From the human T2T-CHM13v2.0 reference genome, Homo sapiens, in assembly GCF_009914755.1 (NCBI RefSeq), contig NC_060936.1: a stretch of DNA of 64,000 nucleotides. The stretch is one strand, 5' to 3'. The notes under the pieces are model-generated. The model had not been told where the DNA came from, searched no databases, and saw nothing but the letters and a program-made list of their open reading frames with translations. The translations under genes were made by a program, and so were the position numbers. Positions 1-43,538 of this stretch are shown here, in pieces; within the stretch, counting starts at the first letter, position 1, and every line of letters begins with the position of its first letter.

Positions 1-69
1 CACTTAGCGAATATTGAGGTTATGGTCAGGATGGGGTCATTTGCAATGAAATTCAAGGTTGAGACTATG

Positions 70-570
70 TTGCAGTTATCTGTCTGCTTGTAAAAAGTCA
101 CCCCCACATTTTGTTTAAAACAGCAAGTATGTACTATTTCACACAGTTTCTGTGGGTCAGGAATCCAGAAGCGGCTGAGATGGGTAGTTTAGGATCAGGG
201 TCTCTCACAAGGCTTTGGTCCAGGTGCAGGCTGCAGTCCTCCAGAGGCGGGACTGGGGCTGGAGGTCTGCTTCCAGACGGTCACTCACATGGATGTGGGC
301 AGGCGGCCTCAGTTCCCTGCCACATGGCCCTCCTCATAGGACGCTTGAGTGTCCTCGCGGCATAGCAGCTGGCTTTCCCCAGAGTGACCCAAGGTGGAAA
401 GAACAAGGCAGAGGTGACAGTGTCTTTTATAAGCCAGCCTTGGAAGTGACGTAGCATCATTTCTGCCTTATTCCATTGGTCACACAGACAACCCGATGTG
501 GAAGGAGACATCACAAGGACAGGAATACTGGGAAGCAGGTATTGTTGGTGGCTGTCTCGGACGCTGGTTC
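70..570 (-). mobile_element. Old MaLR (MLT1-type) LTR fragment
   Basis: MLT1-like segments (cacagtttctgtgggtcaggaatc; gccttggaagtgac...catttctgccttattccattggtcac); boundaries approximate. Confidence 0.55.
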
Positions 571-1969
571 TCATAGAAGTAGATGTATTATTTTAGTACA
601 ATAAGTGCAGACGATCAGCTAGCAGGATGTTATTTTTGCTGGGTATGGTTGTATTTCAGGTGCATTTACCCAAATCCAGAGTACCTTTGGGGGCTCTGAC
701 CCTCTCCTCCTCCACCTTGAGATCTGTAGAGGCCTCTCGTTCATCCCACCAAGAGCAGGACTGGACAGATGAAAGCATGGCTTACAGGAGGCCAACACAA
801 TAGGAGGTAGGGCTTTGGGAAGACAGCATAGGTTTCAAAAGAACCAAGAAGCTGTTGAAAAGGAGAGCAGATGGGCAGGGAAGACAAGTCCCAGATAGAA
901 TGCCCTTTGCAACCTAGGGGGAGCTGACCACAGTGTGCATCCTGACACTCGAAGACAAGGTCTCCATCAGCAGATTGCCCAACAGAACAAGTTCAGAGCC
1001 CAGAGATCCCAGTTCCAGATCTCAGATCTCCCACACCCTGTGGGCTCTGTGTGGACTTTCGTCCTGAAACAAAGTCCTTTAGTAAAGGACTCTTTAAATT
1101 CACTCCATCTGTGCTTTGCTTGCCAATAGCAGGGTGCGTCTGTTACATACTGGACTATCCCTTCCTTCAATATGTTCATGGCTGAGGCTGCATTTGTGCC
1201 TCAGATAATCAAGGTGAGTATAACTCTCTGTTCTGTTTCCCTTTTGTTTCCTCCAAGACTTTAATAAACCCTCATTCAAGAGGCCCACCTTGTCCCACCT
1301 GTGCTTCTCAGAAAAGAAGGAGTGGTGGGGAGACAGGCTGGGGTGGGGGCTTTGCCACCTGGCTGCCCCTTCACCTGTGGGTTCTTGCTCCAATGAGGAC
1401 CCAGCAGGATAAGCTTTAGTTTCATTAAGGGTGACAATAGTTTCCTTACAGCTGGGTCAAGGATATGAGCGAGCCTCTTCCGAAAACAGCCGGGAAGGGA
1501 GAGGAATCCAAGAGGAGGAGCAGGTGGGAAAGACAAGACAGAAGGTGGATCGGGACCAGGCCTGGGAGGGAGCACAGGCACACAGAAGTGAAAGAATTCG
1601 CCTGAGGTTACACGACTCCTCGAGCGGTGCCTTTAGCTCTGCATTGTGCCACCTGCCTGGGTCAAGGAAGATGCCACCGCTGTTGTTCTGTGTACAGAGA
1701 GGGAAAGGAAGATGCTGGCTCTCAGCAGTTCTATAGAACAGAGGATGGAGAGGCCACACGACAATAGGCACACGCACCGTACATTGAAGAAGTGCATGCA
1801 AGACAGAATCGTGTGGGATATGCACACTTGCGTGGAAGAAAAACTGTTCCATTCACATTGAGGTAGACCCTCCATCTATGACTCATCTGTAGGGCAGGGG
1901 TGTGGGCACATACTGAGGCATGAATGGAGGGGAAGCTGGAGCTCTGCTGGTGTAGAAAGGCGATGGGAT

Positions 1970-2066
1970 ATGCTCGCTTCAGCAGCACATATACTCAAAT
2001 TGGAAGGATACAGAAGAGATTAGCATGGCCCCTGTGCAAGGATGATATGCAAATTCATGAAGTGTT
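1970..2066 (+). pseudogene. U6 snRNA retropseudogene
   Basis: tgctcgcttcagcagcacatatactcaaattggaaggatacagaagagattagcatggcccctgtgcaaggatgatatgcaaattcatgaagtgtt aligns with U6 along nearly its full length. Mostly CpG transitions, altered ACAGAGA box, followed by a purine tail. Confidence 0.93.
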
Positions 2067-2081
2067 TTTAAAAATCATTTT

Positions 2082-2125
2082 AGAAGAAGAAGAAGAAGAG
2101 GAGGAGGAGGAGGAGGAAGAAGAAA
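2082..2125 (+). repeat. (GAA)n(GAG)n microsatellite
   Basis: Directly visible. Confidence 0.9.
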
Positions 2126-3929
2126 GATGGTGAGATATCCTGCAGGAGACCAGGGCCAGGAGGGTGGAGGCCTCTCAAGAAGAGGGAAGCATGAGGAAGC
2201 TCCAGGGCAGGGTGAGGGCGCTGGTTCCTGTATTCAGCTGTCATAGGGAGGAGGGGAGTAGCTGGGAGGGTTAAGGGAGAGTGGCAGTACCTGCAGCTGG
2301 TGGCTGGGGAGTCCAGGTCTGGGATGTGGCCTCTGCTGCTGGTGCCCGGCACCTTGAATGAGATAGCAGTACGTACTGTGGGGGATGGGGGGGGGTCCCA
2401 AGGGCTGGGGGGTAGGGGTGGATGGAGCTGATGACTGTGCAGCCATCACTGCAGTGGCACTGGGCTGGGCAGCTGTCCCTGCGTCATCCCTTTTCTCCTG
2501 CATTGAAGCCTTCTCTCCATGGGTGGGAAGGCTAGAGTGGCTATTGCAGCAGGGGCTCTGGAGGGCAATGCTGTCCCGGGGAGCCCAGGCACCCTTCTCT
2601 GGGGATGGGGGGTGGGGTGCAATGAGAGACTCTGGATATGGATCCCTTAGGGAGGCAACTCCCCTTCATCCTTGTCACCCCCAGATGGTTTACCTGCCTG
2701 GACAGCAAGATGATGGCTACACTAGCCCCCATTCTCTGGTATGTGTCACTTACACTTCGGTGTAAATATGTCACTGTGTAACCTCAAGGGTAGTGGCACT
2801 TGATGCCTTGTCCTTAACTGAAGAACACAAGGCTTTGCTTCTAGTTAAGAGAATTTCAATCATCAGGTGAAGAGGCAGGGAATAGTGCAAGTAATGATAG
2901 CCAGCATCTGTCAGGGCGCACTCCACTCCAGGTCCTCTGCTGAGTGTGCATGCAATCTTCACAAAATTCCCAGCAGGAAGGAAATACTCTTGGTGTTGCC
3001 TTGTGGGCTGGCCAATGTGGCTCATCTGCTGAAGGCTGGCGATTTGTATATACTCCTGCAGCTAGTAATAGGTGGCATTTCATGCCTGGCCACTATGCAG
3101 CACTGCCTCCCAATTTTGGGTGGCATTTTAGGTTCCTCTAGAGCCTCTGAGGCAAGTGATTTGTCCATGAACCCAATGGCCTGGCTATGCTGGTGACCTT
3201 CTGCTTGGGCACTGCCCACGGGGAACAGAACAGAGGCTCTGAGAGCTGCCTCCTCTCCCTGGTGGCCAGAGTAAAGTGAGGGCAGAGGGAAGGGAGCTTG
3301 GGAAAGGGTGGGGTAGGGGGAGGCAGGAGGCTCACCCCCAGCTAGATGGTGGGTCAAGAAGCCCTTGAGAAAGATGGAGATCCTTCTTGTTTTTGCTGGA
3401 AAGGTGAGTGTGGAAGGTCAGCTACGTTTTATACCCCCGGTACCTAAGTGGCCTCTAGTAGGGGTGCATATTCAGCATGGAGCACAGGTTCCCACAGAGC
3501 AATGCCGTCCTGTTGGCTGAGGTCTGGGGAGAGGGGGCAGGCCTGGAGAGTGCCGATTCTGGCCCCTGGGCAGGCAGGGTTCTCTGGGTACTCCTTGCAC
3601 CCTGGCCTCAGAGGCCTTGGCTACCACTGTTGTTTCTTTCTTTCTGTCCTCCATGCAAACTCAGGTCAGTTATATCACAGTCCTTCACAGGGCGCCTGGA
3701 TTTGCCCACCAGATCTCCTCACCTCTTGCCCTTCACCTCCTGCTGTACCTACAAGGTCTCCCCGATTCTCATCTGCCCATAATCATGGACACAGCCCCAG
3801 GATGTGCAGGGTGAGTCCCCAGGGACCCTGAAAGCATGGGTACTCTTATGACTGAGGGCGTTACACCAGGGAGAGGGAGCCGGGGAGACTTCCCAGAGAG
3901 CTGGTTGGGGGTTATGAAAGTGGCCTCAC

Positions 3930-4277
<348 letters not shown>

Positions 4278-4896
4278 CTAGGGGAGGAAGTGCATCCTGT
4301 GGAAGAGCAGGGAGCCGCTGGAGGGGTGGGGAGGGAAGGGGCAGCTCCCACCCTCATCTCCATCGTCCGCATGCTGGGGATACCAGGCCTCTTACTTGGG
4401 GTACTTAAGGCTAGACCAGATGGGGTTCCTGCATCTTAGGGAGTGACATTAGGGTGGGGGAAAGGTACCAAAATGGCCATGCCTCTGCTGTCTCTTGGGA
4501 TCTTGAGATCTGTGGTGGCCTCTAGGAGTTCTCTGCTGCCAATAAGTGGTCCAACCATGTTACAGGATTGGACCCGGGATGGCCTTTGTGCTTTAGAGCT
4601 GAGGCACTTCCTGCTTCTACCTGAGCTCCTTTTCAACATATAGGCCTGGGCACGTAGGCGTCAGGGTCATGTGGGAGGTGGAGGCCGAGGGGAGAGGTGG
4701 GCAGTGGGGAGGGGTACACGGCTAGACCTTGTTGCTCTGCCTCCTCTTGGGACCCCCCAGTGGGATGGAGCCCAAGTCCTTGGGCAGCACATGGTCCTCT
4801 GCTTCACAGGACACACACCTGTACCCATCCTCCCCATCCACTTTTGCTCAGTTTATTTTGGGGACAGGGCTCTGAATTGACCTTTGGTCTTTGCAG

Positions 4897-5040
4897 ACTC
4901 TCAGGGACCATCTGGAGTTCCAGCTGGAATCTGGGCCTGGTGGAGTGGGAGTGGGGCAGGGGCCTGCATTGGGCTGACTTAGAGAGCACAGTTATTCCAT
5001 CCATATGGAAATAAACATTTTGGATTCCTGATCACATCCC
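4897..5040 (+). ncRNA. C1RL-AS1: Probable terminal exon of a plus-strand lncRNA (C1RL-AS1 by position, from recall)
   Basis: Acceptor ctttggtctttgcag|4897 followed by AATAAA at 5010-5015; second AATAAA at 5678-5683. The name comes from recalled locus order, not from the sequence. Confidence 0.4.
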
Positions 5041-7303
5041 TGGAGTTTAAGACTCTGGCCAACCAAGTCAACTCCACAACTTTGTGTGTCCCTGGGAGGG
5101 TCTGGTGTGGGACCCACCTGTCTGTGGCCCTCGTCCCCTCCCCTGCCCTTTCTCCACTCACATCTTGGTCCCTCTGGTGATTATCTCTTCCCTCTGAGGA
5201 CAGATGGAACCTGATTTGAATGAGGGGTAATGGTCTTGTGAGGACCAGGACATGGATTGGGTGTGTGTTTATATGTGTGTGTGTGTATGTGTGTGTGTGT
5301 GGTGGGAATGGAATATCAGAGAAGGTGGTGGAGGAGGGAGGATTGAATTTGGAGAATCCCTGGCTTCTAGTGTCCGCAGGGGAAACAGCAGCTCCAGCTT
5401 CCCACAGCGGTCCCCTCCCCTCTGCAGGTCGAGCTCCCACCCTCTTGGAAATGCCTCTGAAGCTGCATAGTCCTCCCCTGATGCTTGTGCTCCCTTAGGG
5501 GATCTCCAGGCCTTTGGGTGTGGTCTGGCCCCTGGAGAAGTGTGGTCGAGTGGAGGATGGGGTCCTGCAGTGGCCATGTTCTGGACGCCCACATCACGGG
5601 GAGTTTTGAGGGATTGAGCCCACTTTAGCTTGGGTCTTAAAACCACCATGGTAAGAAGTGTCAACCTTTGGGGGAAAAATAAAAATATATAGAAATATTT
5701 AGAAAAACCCACCATGGGGGCCTACAAGTTCCTGAGTCAAGGCCTCTGCCGAGACTCCACTGACCAGCATGGTCACTGAAGGGCATGGAGGACCGTCCTG
5801 TGGGAAGAGGCTTGGACATGCACTGTGAACTCAAGAGCAAGGACACTGTGTTGATCTGGAGATGTGGGCAATGGGCGAGTACACACGGAGCATCCTCCTG
5901 TGCCTTGGAATGGGACAAGGTGGATTCCAGCAGCCCTCAGAGCTTCTGCTGGGTGGCTTTGCAAAGAAGGGGCTTTCCACTCTACTGTGGACATCTGCAG
6001 AGATTGGGCAGGGAATAAGATTTTCCATTCAACCCTGAGTTCCTTTTTTTTTTCTATTCCAAATTCATTCCAGAGCATGTGGTAGGATCAGTATCACAAG
6101 CCCCTAGTTCTTGGCCAGAGCCCTAGTGACTGTCTTGTGTGCATGGGGGGGCCAGCCGTTGCAGGAAGATGGGTCAAGAGTCTTCATCTGATGAGGGCCA
6201 GGGACTTTCCAACTCCCTCAACCCTTCCCCCAGGCTCTTTTCCCACCCTCACATTGAGCCCTCTTCACTCTGATAGTTGGGCCCCCTAGGACTTTTATTC
6301 TGAAAGAGCCAAGGCCCCTGGAGGTGGAGAGGAGGCCAGAGGCTGGAGCTGGCCTTGACCCTGAGCCAGCTCCACCCTTCTGGGCTGTTTTCCAAGGCAG
6401 CAACTCTGGGACCCTTGCTGTCCTCAGCTCTCCTCTTTATCTCTGGTCTCCAGCCTTGCTGGCCTTTGAGCAGAGGGTCCCTATAGCCAGGACTGCTGGG
6501 CTTCTCCCTCCTATGCCTTCACACCCCTGTATTACTGTCTTTTATTCCTTGACCTCACATCCTCCGTCTACTTCCTTTTTCAGCTTTTTCTGGCTTTCTT
6601 GCTGCTTGCCCTTCCCAAAGCAGACACGGAGGACAGGTCACCATTTAGAAGCTCCCCGCCTCCCCAAGCACTGGACAAAGGTCTTACCCCATTCCATCCC
6701 TCATTCCCAACACATAGGATGGAAGTATCAAATGGCCAGATGCCTTCAGATGTCAGAACCGTGGAGTCCGTTGAACCCTGTGTGTGGGGGGCTGTGTCTT
6801 GGGCCTGGTTTTGTTGAGCACATGAGACTTTCTCAAGGATAAGGACAAAGAAATGGACAAAAAGACTCTGCCAGTAGCCCCTGTTTAAACTCTTGAACCC
6901 CAGTCACAGTTTTCCAGAAGTCCATCAGGATAGAATTTTCACTAATCGCCAAATGCCCAAAGCTTAGTTCTTTCTTAGAAGGAAAAGAAGAGGTCAAATG
7001 GACAGGAGAGAGCGGAGATTGGTTGTTCTCAGGGGCTCCTTCCCTTTGCCTGCTTCTTTCATTTGGGACGCCAGACCTTGACCTGGAAGTGAGGTCACTA
7101 TTGGGCAGTGGAGTGTGAGAAAGGACTTTGGCCTGGGGGCTGCAAGTTACAGATTAACACGGGGAGGGGTGAGGAGGGACCCAGAGGGAGGAAAGGTGGC
7201 CAGAGGAAGGGACAGCTGACCTGGCACAATCTGGGCTTGAAGGGGGCACAACAAGAGCGTCTGTGAGCTGGTGCTGTCTGGAGGGATCTTGGCTCCTCTC
7301 CGG

Positions 7304-11959
<4,656 letters not shown>

Positions 11960-12094
11960 TGTGTGGATGAAGGTTTCAGGAGAATGCAGGAGACAGGGTG
12001 AGGAAGGAGGGGGTGTTGTCTGGCAGGTGAGGCTGAGAGATTCCAGCCAGCTCCACACACAGAGACAGGATGTGTAATGGCCGGGTTACCAGGG

Positions 12095-12103
12095 CTTTTT
12101 ATA
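12095..12103 (-). promoter_or_regulatory. RBP5: RBP5 TATA box (TATAAAAAG)
   Basis: Consensus TATA ~135 nt upstream of the ATG. Confidence 0.75.
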
Positions 12104-13425
12104 AGGCTGGGGCCCTGTTGCAATAAGAGTCCCTACCAGACTTCTTCCCTCCCCGCATGGTGAGTTTGGGGGTGGTGTCTCCAGCCTGAAGGAGGGGCAG
12201 GGATTTGGCAAAGTTGCGCCTGACCTTGGCTTTTCCTGAGGAAGGAACCTGGAGCAGGATCTGGGGCTGTCAGTCATCCAAAACTCAGCCATCCAAAGGT
12301 CAGTGTTGGCCTCCACCTCATTTCTGGCAGGCTTGGGAACCGTCCCAGGGCCTGAGGGGCAGTCTTTCCTGGGAGACACCTGAGGCTGGTCTGGCTGTGT
12401 GAGGTGGAGATGAGTTCCAACAATATCCTGAGATCCTGGGACTGAGTGATGTTGGAAGATGTGAGGGGAGGGGGTGAGGATGGCCAGCTGCCACCATGAA
12501 GAGCACCCTGTAGGCCTGGCTCTCAGAGCTCCCTCAGGTAGTGTGCTCAACTGGGACCCCAAAGTGGCATTCCAGACTCTTGGTCCTAAAGAGCCATTAG
12601 GAGGGAGGTGGAGCCCGAGGGGTGCTGAGTTCAAAGTCCGGAACAGACAGCCTGAGAGGAGTTTGTTGGCTATTCTGGAGAATTTTATTCTTTTTGGCTT
12701 GGGACCCAGGGGGTTTTCTCTCCCTCTGAGTCATCGATGAGACCGTAACCCCCAGTCCCCAGCCCTAGGACAGCCCATGCTTTCCAGATGTATTTCTGTG
12801 AAGGTGGGGTGGAGGCGCCTAAATAATATTGTGCCCCGCCCCCAGCTGCCCAATTCTCTCTCGAACCTGCCATCGTCCCGGGCTTCAGAATCCACTGGGC
12901 TTGGTTCATCATGGTTTAAGGTGAAATTCGGGGCGAAGGAGGCAGGACAGGTAGGCAGGAGGAGGCGGCCGGTCCCGACAGGTGCGTGCGCGAGGGGTGC
13001 ACGACGTCCTGCCCCTCCTTGGGTCCCAGAGCCTCGATACCGCCCTGCGGACCGCCCTGTGGCTTCCTCGCAGCCCTGGGCTACAAATGCCAGGATTTCT
13101 CAGGCTCAGACTGAGGGTTTTACTTCACCCTTCCCAGAGGGCACGCAGCACGGATCTGTGGATGGAAGGGGCTGTGGAAACAGGTTATGCAGAGTTGGGG
13201 GGCGGGGTGACGCGGTGCCACCCCTCCTGGCCGCCCTCAGGTCCCGCTGACGTCTCTCTTCCCCACCCCCTGGCTTCTGGCTTCTTTCTCCCCACGTCCC
13301 TCTTCTTTCCCACCCCCTCCGTGGCTCTCCAGCTTCCTCCCCAGCCCCCGCAGTTCCTCGGCTCCCCCAAAATTGCAGCCAGGGGAAGGAGCCTTGAAAC
13401 TCTCCAGCCCCGACGCCCCAGTCTC

Positions 13426-13625
13426 ATTGGCTCCCTCCCCCGCTGCAGCACCTGGTCCCCCCCCCCCCAGTCACCTGATTGGCCGGCGGCCCCATCAATC
13501 GTTGCCCGGCTGTGCTGACGTCATCCTGCAGTAGCGGGGTTGGGGTGGGAGTGAGAGAGTGAGGACGCTGGGCTGGGGGAAACGGGAAGCCGCTGCAAGT
13601 CCACCGCCTCAGCTACCCAGATTGG
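13426..13625 (+). promoter_or_regulatory. CLSTN3: CLSTN3 proximal promoter: palindromic CRE (TGACGTCA 13516-13523) and inverted CCAAT boxes (13426, 13478, 13621) in CpG-rich DNA
   Basis: Exact motifs upstream of ATG 13801. Confidence 0.7.
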
Positions 13626-13800
13626 GATCTGCCCAGGCCCGCTTTATGGACTAGTGTGGGCGGCAGGCTCCTTTCCGTCCCTGCCCTGCTGTACCCCGCT
13701 CCTTGGAGACCCCCTGTATCCCTCCCGCAAGGTGGAATCCGCAGGCTGGAGGCTCCCAGGGGAGGCAAACGCCTGGCCCTGCCCTGCCCCACGCCGCACC

Positions 13801-41229
<27,429 letters not shown>

Positions 41230-42070
41230 GGCCTACACCTCTCCCCACGCAGAGGGGGAATTCTGCCCTGGTGAAACAGACACTCCAGACATGGGAGAAG
41301 GACTTTCTGGGAACACAGAGACCAAGAGGGAGAGAGGCTTCAGAACCAGTCCTCCTTTCATTTCAAAACCCCAGCGGGCCCTCTGGAGTCCGCCCTGCCC
41401 CTCCCCCGGCCCCCCATCCCTCACTTCTGGGCTGTCATGCTCCTGGTGTGCCCCTTGCACTGGGGCTGGCTGGGTTGGAAAGTGGGCTGGACTTCAGCTG
41501 CCTTTCTACCCCCAATGGCAGCTGCCCCCTTAGCACTCACTGTGTTGGGGAGAGGGTGACGATTGCAATGGCTGGGGCTGGGGCTGGGGCTGGGGGTGGG
41601 ATTGAAGGAAACCCTCTCCTCTCCCCTTCCCTTCTCTCTCCTGTCCATGGGAAGCTTTTCCCCCTCTGCAGGGCTCCCTCAGCTGGACCATCGTCCCTGC
41701 TTCTCTTATGATCGCCCCACCTCATTTCCATTTCAGTCTGGGGACCCCATTTCTCCCTCCTTTCCAACTTCCTTCCTTTCTTGTCCTGTTTCCCTTCCTG
41801 CCCTTGCAGTCCTGAGGTCCTGCAGCCCCGGCCCCTCCTCCGTGACCTGGTGTGGCCAGGCTGCGGGGACGGGAGGGGACGTGGGGGCCCCGGGTGTACA
41901 TATATAATGTATATTTTTTCAATGTTGTCGTGAGTGCAGCCCATGTTCCTGCGTGCAGCTCACGGCCTTGTGTGTATGTGTGTGTGTGTGTGTGTGAGGC
42001 ATCGTCATGTCCTGGGGCAGGGGCGGGGGGTTGGGTGTGGTGAGGGAGGGGACATATCCTAGGGTTTTCA

Positions 42071-42076
42071 AATAAA
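42071..42076 (+). terminator. CLSTN3: CLSTN3 polyadenylation signal AATAAA
   Basis: AATAAA ~840 nt after the stop, GT-rich sequence downstream. Confidence 0.8.
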
Positions 42077-43334
42077 ACAATCAGAAAAAAAAAAAAAGCT
42101 CTGTGAGGCGCCTCCTGACTGCCTGGTCCTGTGTGGGTGTGGTGGAGGCTCTGGGGCCTCAGGGGCTGTTTGGGTCTCTGCACAGAGCTGAAGTGAGGTG
42201 GGCAGGGCTGGTGATCTTGGGGGCCTGACCAGGTAAGTCCCCAGGATGCCAGATCACCTGGAAAGTAAGCTGGGGGCAGATGGTTCCCACGCCTCCCTTC
42301 CTTCAGCACCCCCTGGAAAAGTACAGAAGATTCAGGGAATGCTATGGACACCTGGGCAGATGCCCAGTGCCTTGCAGGGGTGCTGCCAACCCCGCCCCAC
42401 AACTTGGAACATTTTGCCTGTGCACATGGGCTCCCTGCTGGGCGTCCCCAGGGAGAAGGCAGGCAACCCTGCTGTTTGTACCAAAGGGATCTGGAGACTG
42501 TTCCCAGGCTGACCCTTTCCTGCTAGCCAAGGCTCAGACCCAGGGGATGTCTGCCTGCCTTGCCCATGTCCTTGTGGCTGCCTCACATGGCTGCTTAGTG
42601 GCCTCCGCCCTCTCCACGCTGGCCCAGCCCCTGGCCTGACAGCAGGCAGAGTCTGGCCCTTCTGCAGCCTTTTGGGCCACTAGTTCTCTGACCCAGGTCT
42701 TACTTAAGCCCCAGGTGATAAAGGATGATAACCCCAAGGGGTTATTTCAGAAGAGTGAACTGCTGGTGGGAGCATCCCTCTGGTGCTGTCCTGGCCCAAG
42801 AAATACCAGGGATCCAAGTCTTAGTTCCTTCCTGCAGCATGACAGAGTAGGGCATCCTTAGGCTCTTCCTGGTTCTCTGCGGCTGCCTGTAGCACAGTTG
42901 GGGTGGAGGTGGGTGCTCCGCCTGACGCCCGTTCTGACATCCACCAGGTGCCTTGTCCTTGCCCATGGCCGCAAACTCCCAGTTGTATGTTGATGCCTCC
43001 ATATTTTTATCTCCCACCTGAATCTCTCTCCTAACTCACATTTGCAACTACCTATTGGCATATCCACCTGCCCATCCTGTGCCTCAGACTCCACCTTTCC
43101 CCGACTTCTCTGTGACCTATCCCTATCACCTTTCACCCATTCGCCTATGCCAGAAATCTGAGAGTCAGTCTAGATTCCTCCCTCTCCCTCAACCCCATGG
43201 CCAAATGGTGATGAAACCCTGTCGTTCTTACCCCTTAAAAATCTCTCCAATAGGTCTTTTGCTTTCTATTCCCCTTATTGCTGCCGCTGCCTTGACCTGT
43301 ACCCTCTGTGTTTTTGCCTGGTCTGTGGCAAGAG

Positions 43335-43538
43335 CCTCCCACCTGCCTCCCACCTGCCTCCCACCTGTCCTCCCACCTCTCCTCCCACCTGCCTCCCACC
43401 TGTCCTCCCACCTGCCTCCCACCTGCCTCCCACCTGCCTCCCACCTCTCCTCCCACCTGCCTCCCACCTGTCCTCCCACCTGCCTCCCACCTGCCTCCCA
43501 CCTGCCTCCCACCTGCCTCGCACCTGCCTTCCACCTGT
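43335..43538 (+). repeat. Minisatellite (CCTCCCACCTG)n, 18 units of 11-12 bp
   Basis: Counted directly; embedded in L2-like sequence. Confidence 0.95.

Noticed and set aside
1970-2066. Functional U6 gene
   Set aside because: Altered ACAGAGA box, CpG decay, non-U6 3' end and retrotransposition hallmarks
42085-42097. Genomic A-run after AATAAA suggesting a retrocopy tail
   Set aside because: CLSTN3 retains all introns; the run matters only as a possible internal-priming artefact
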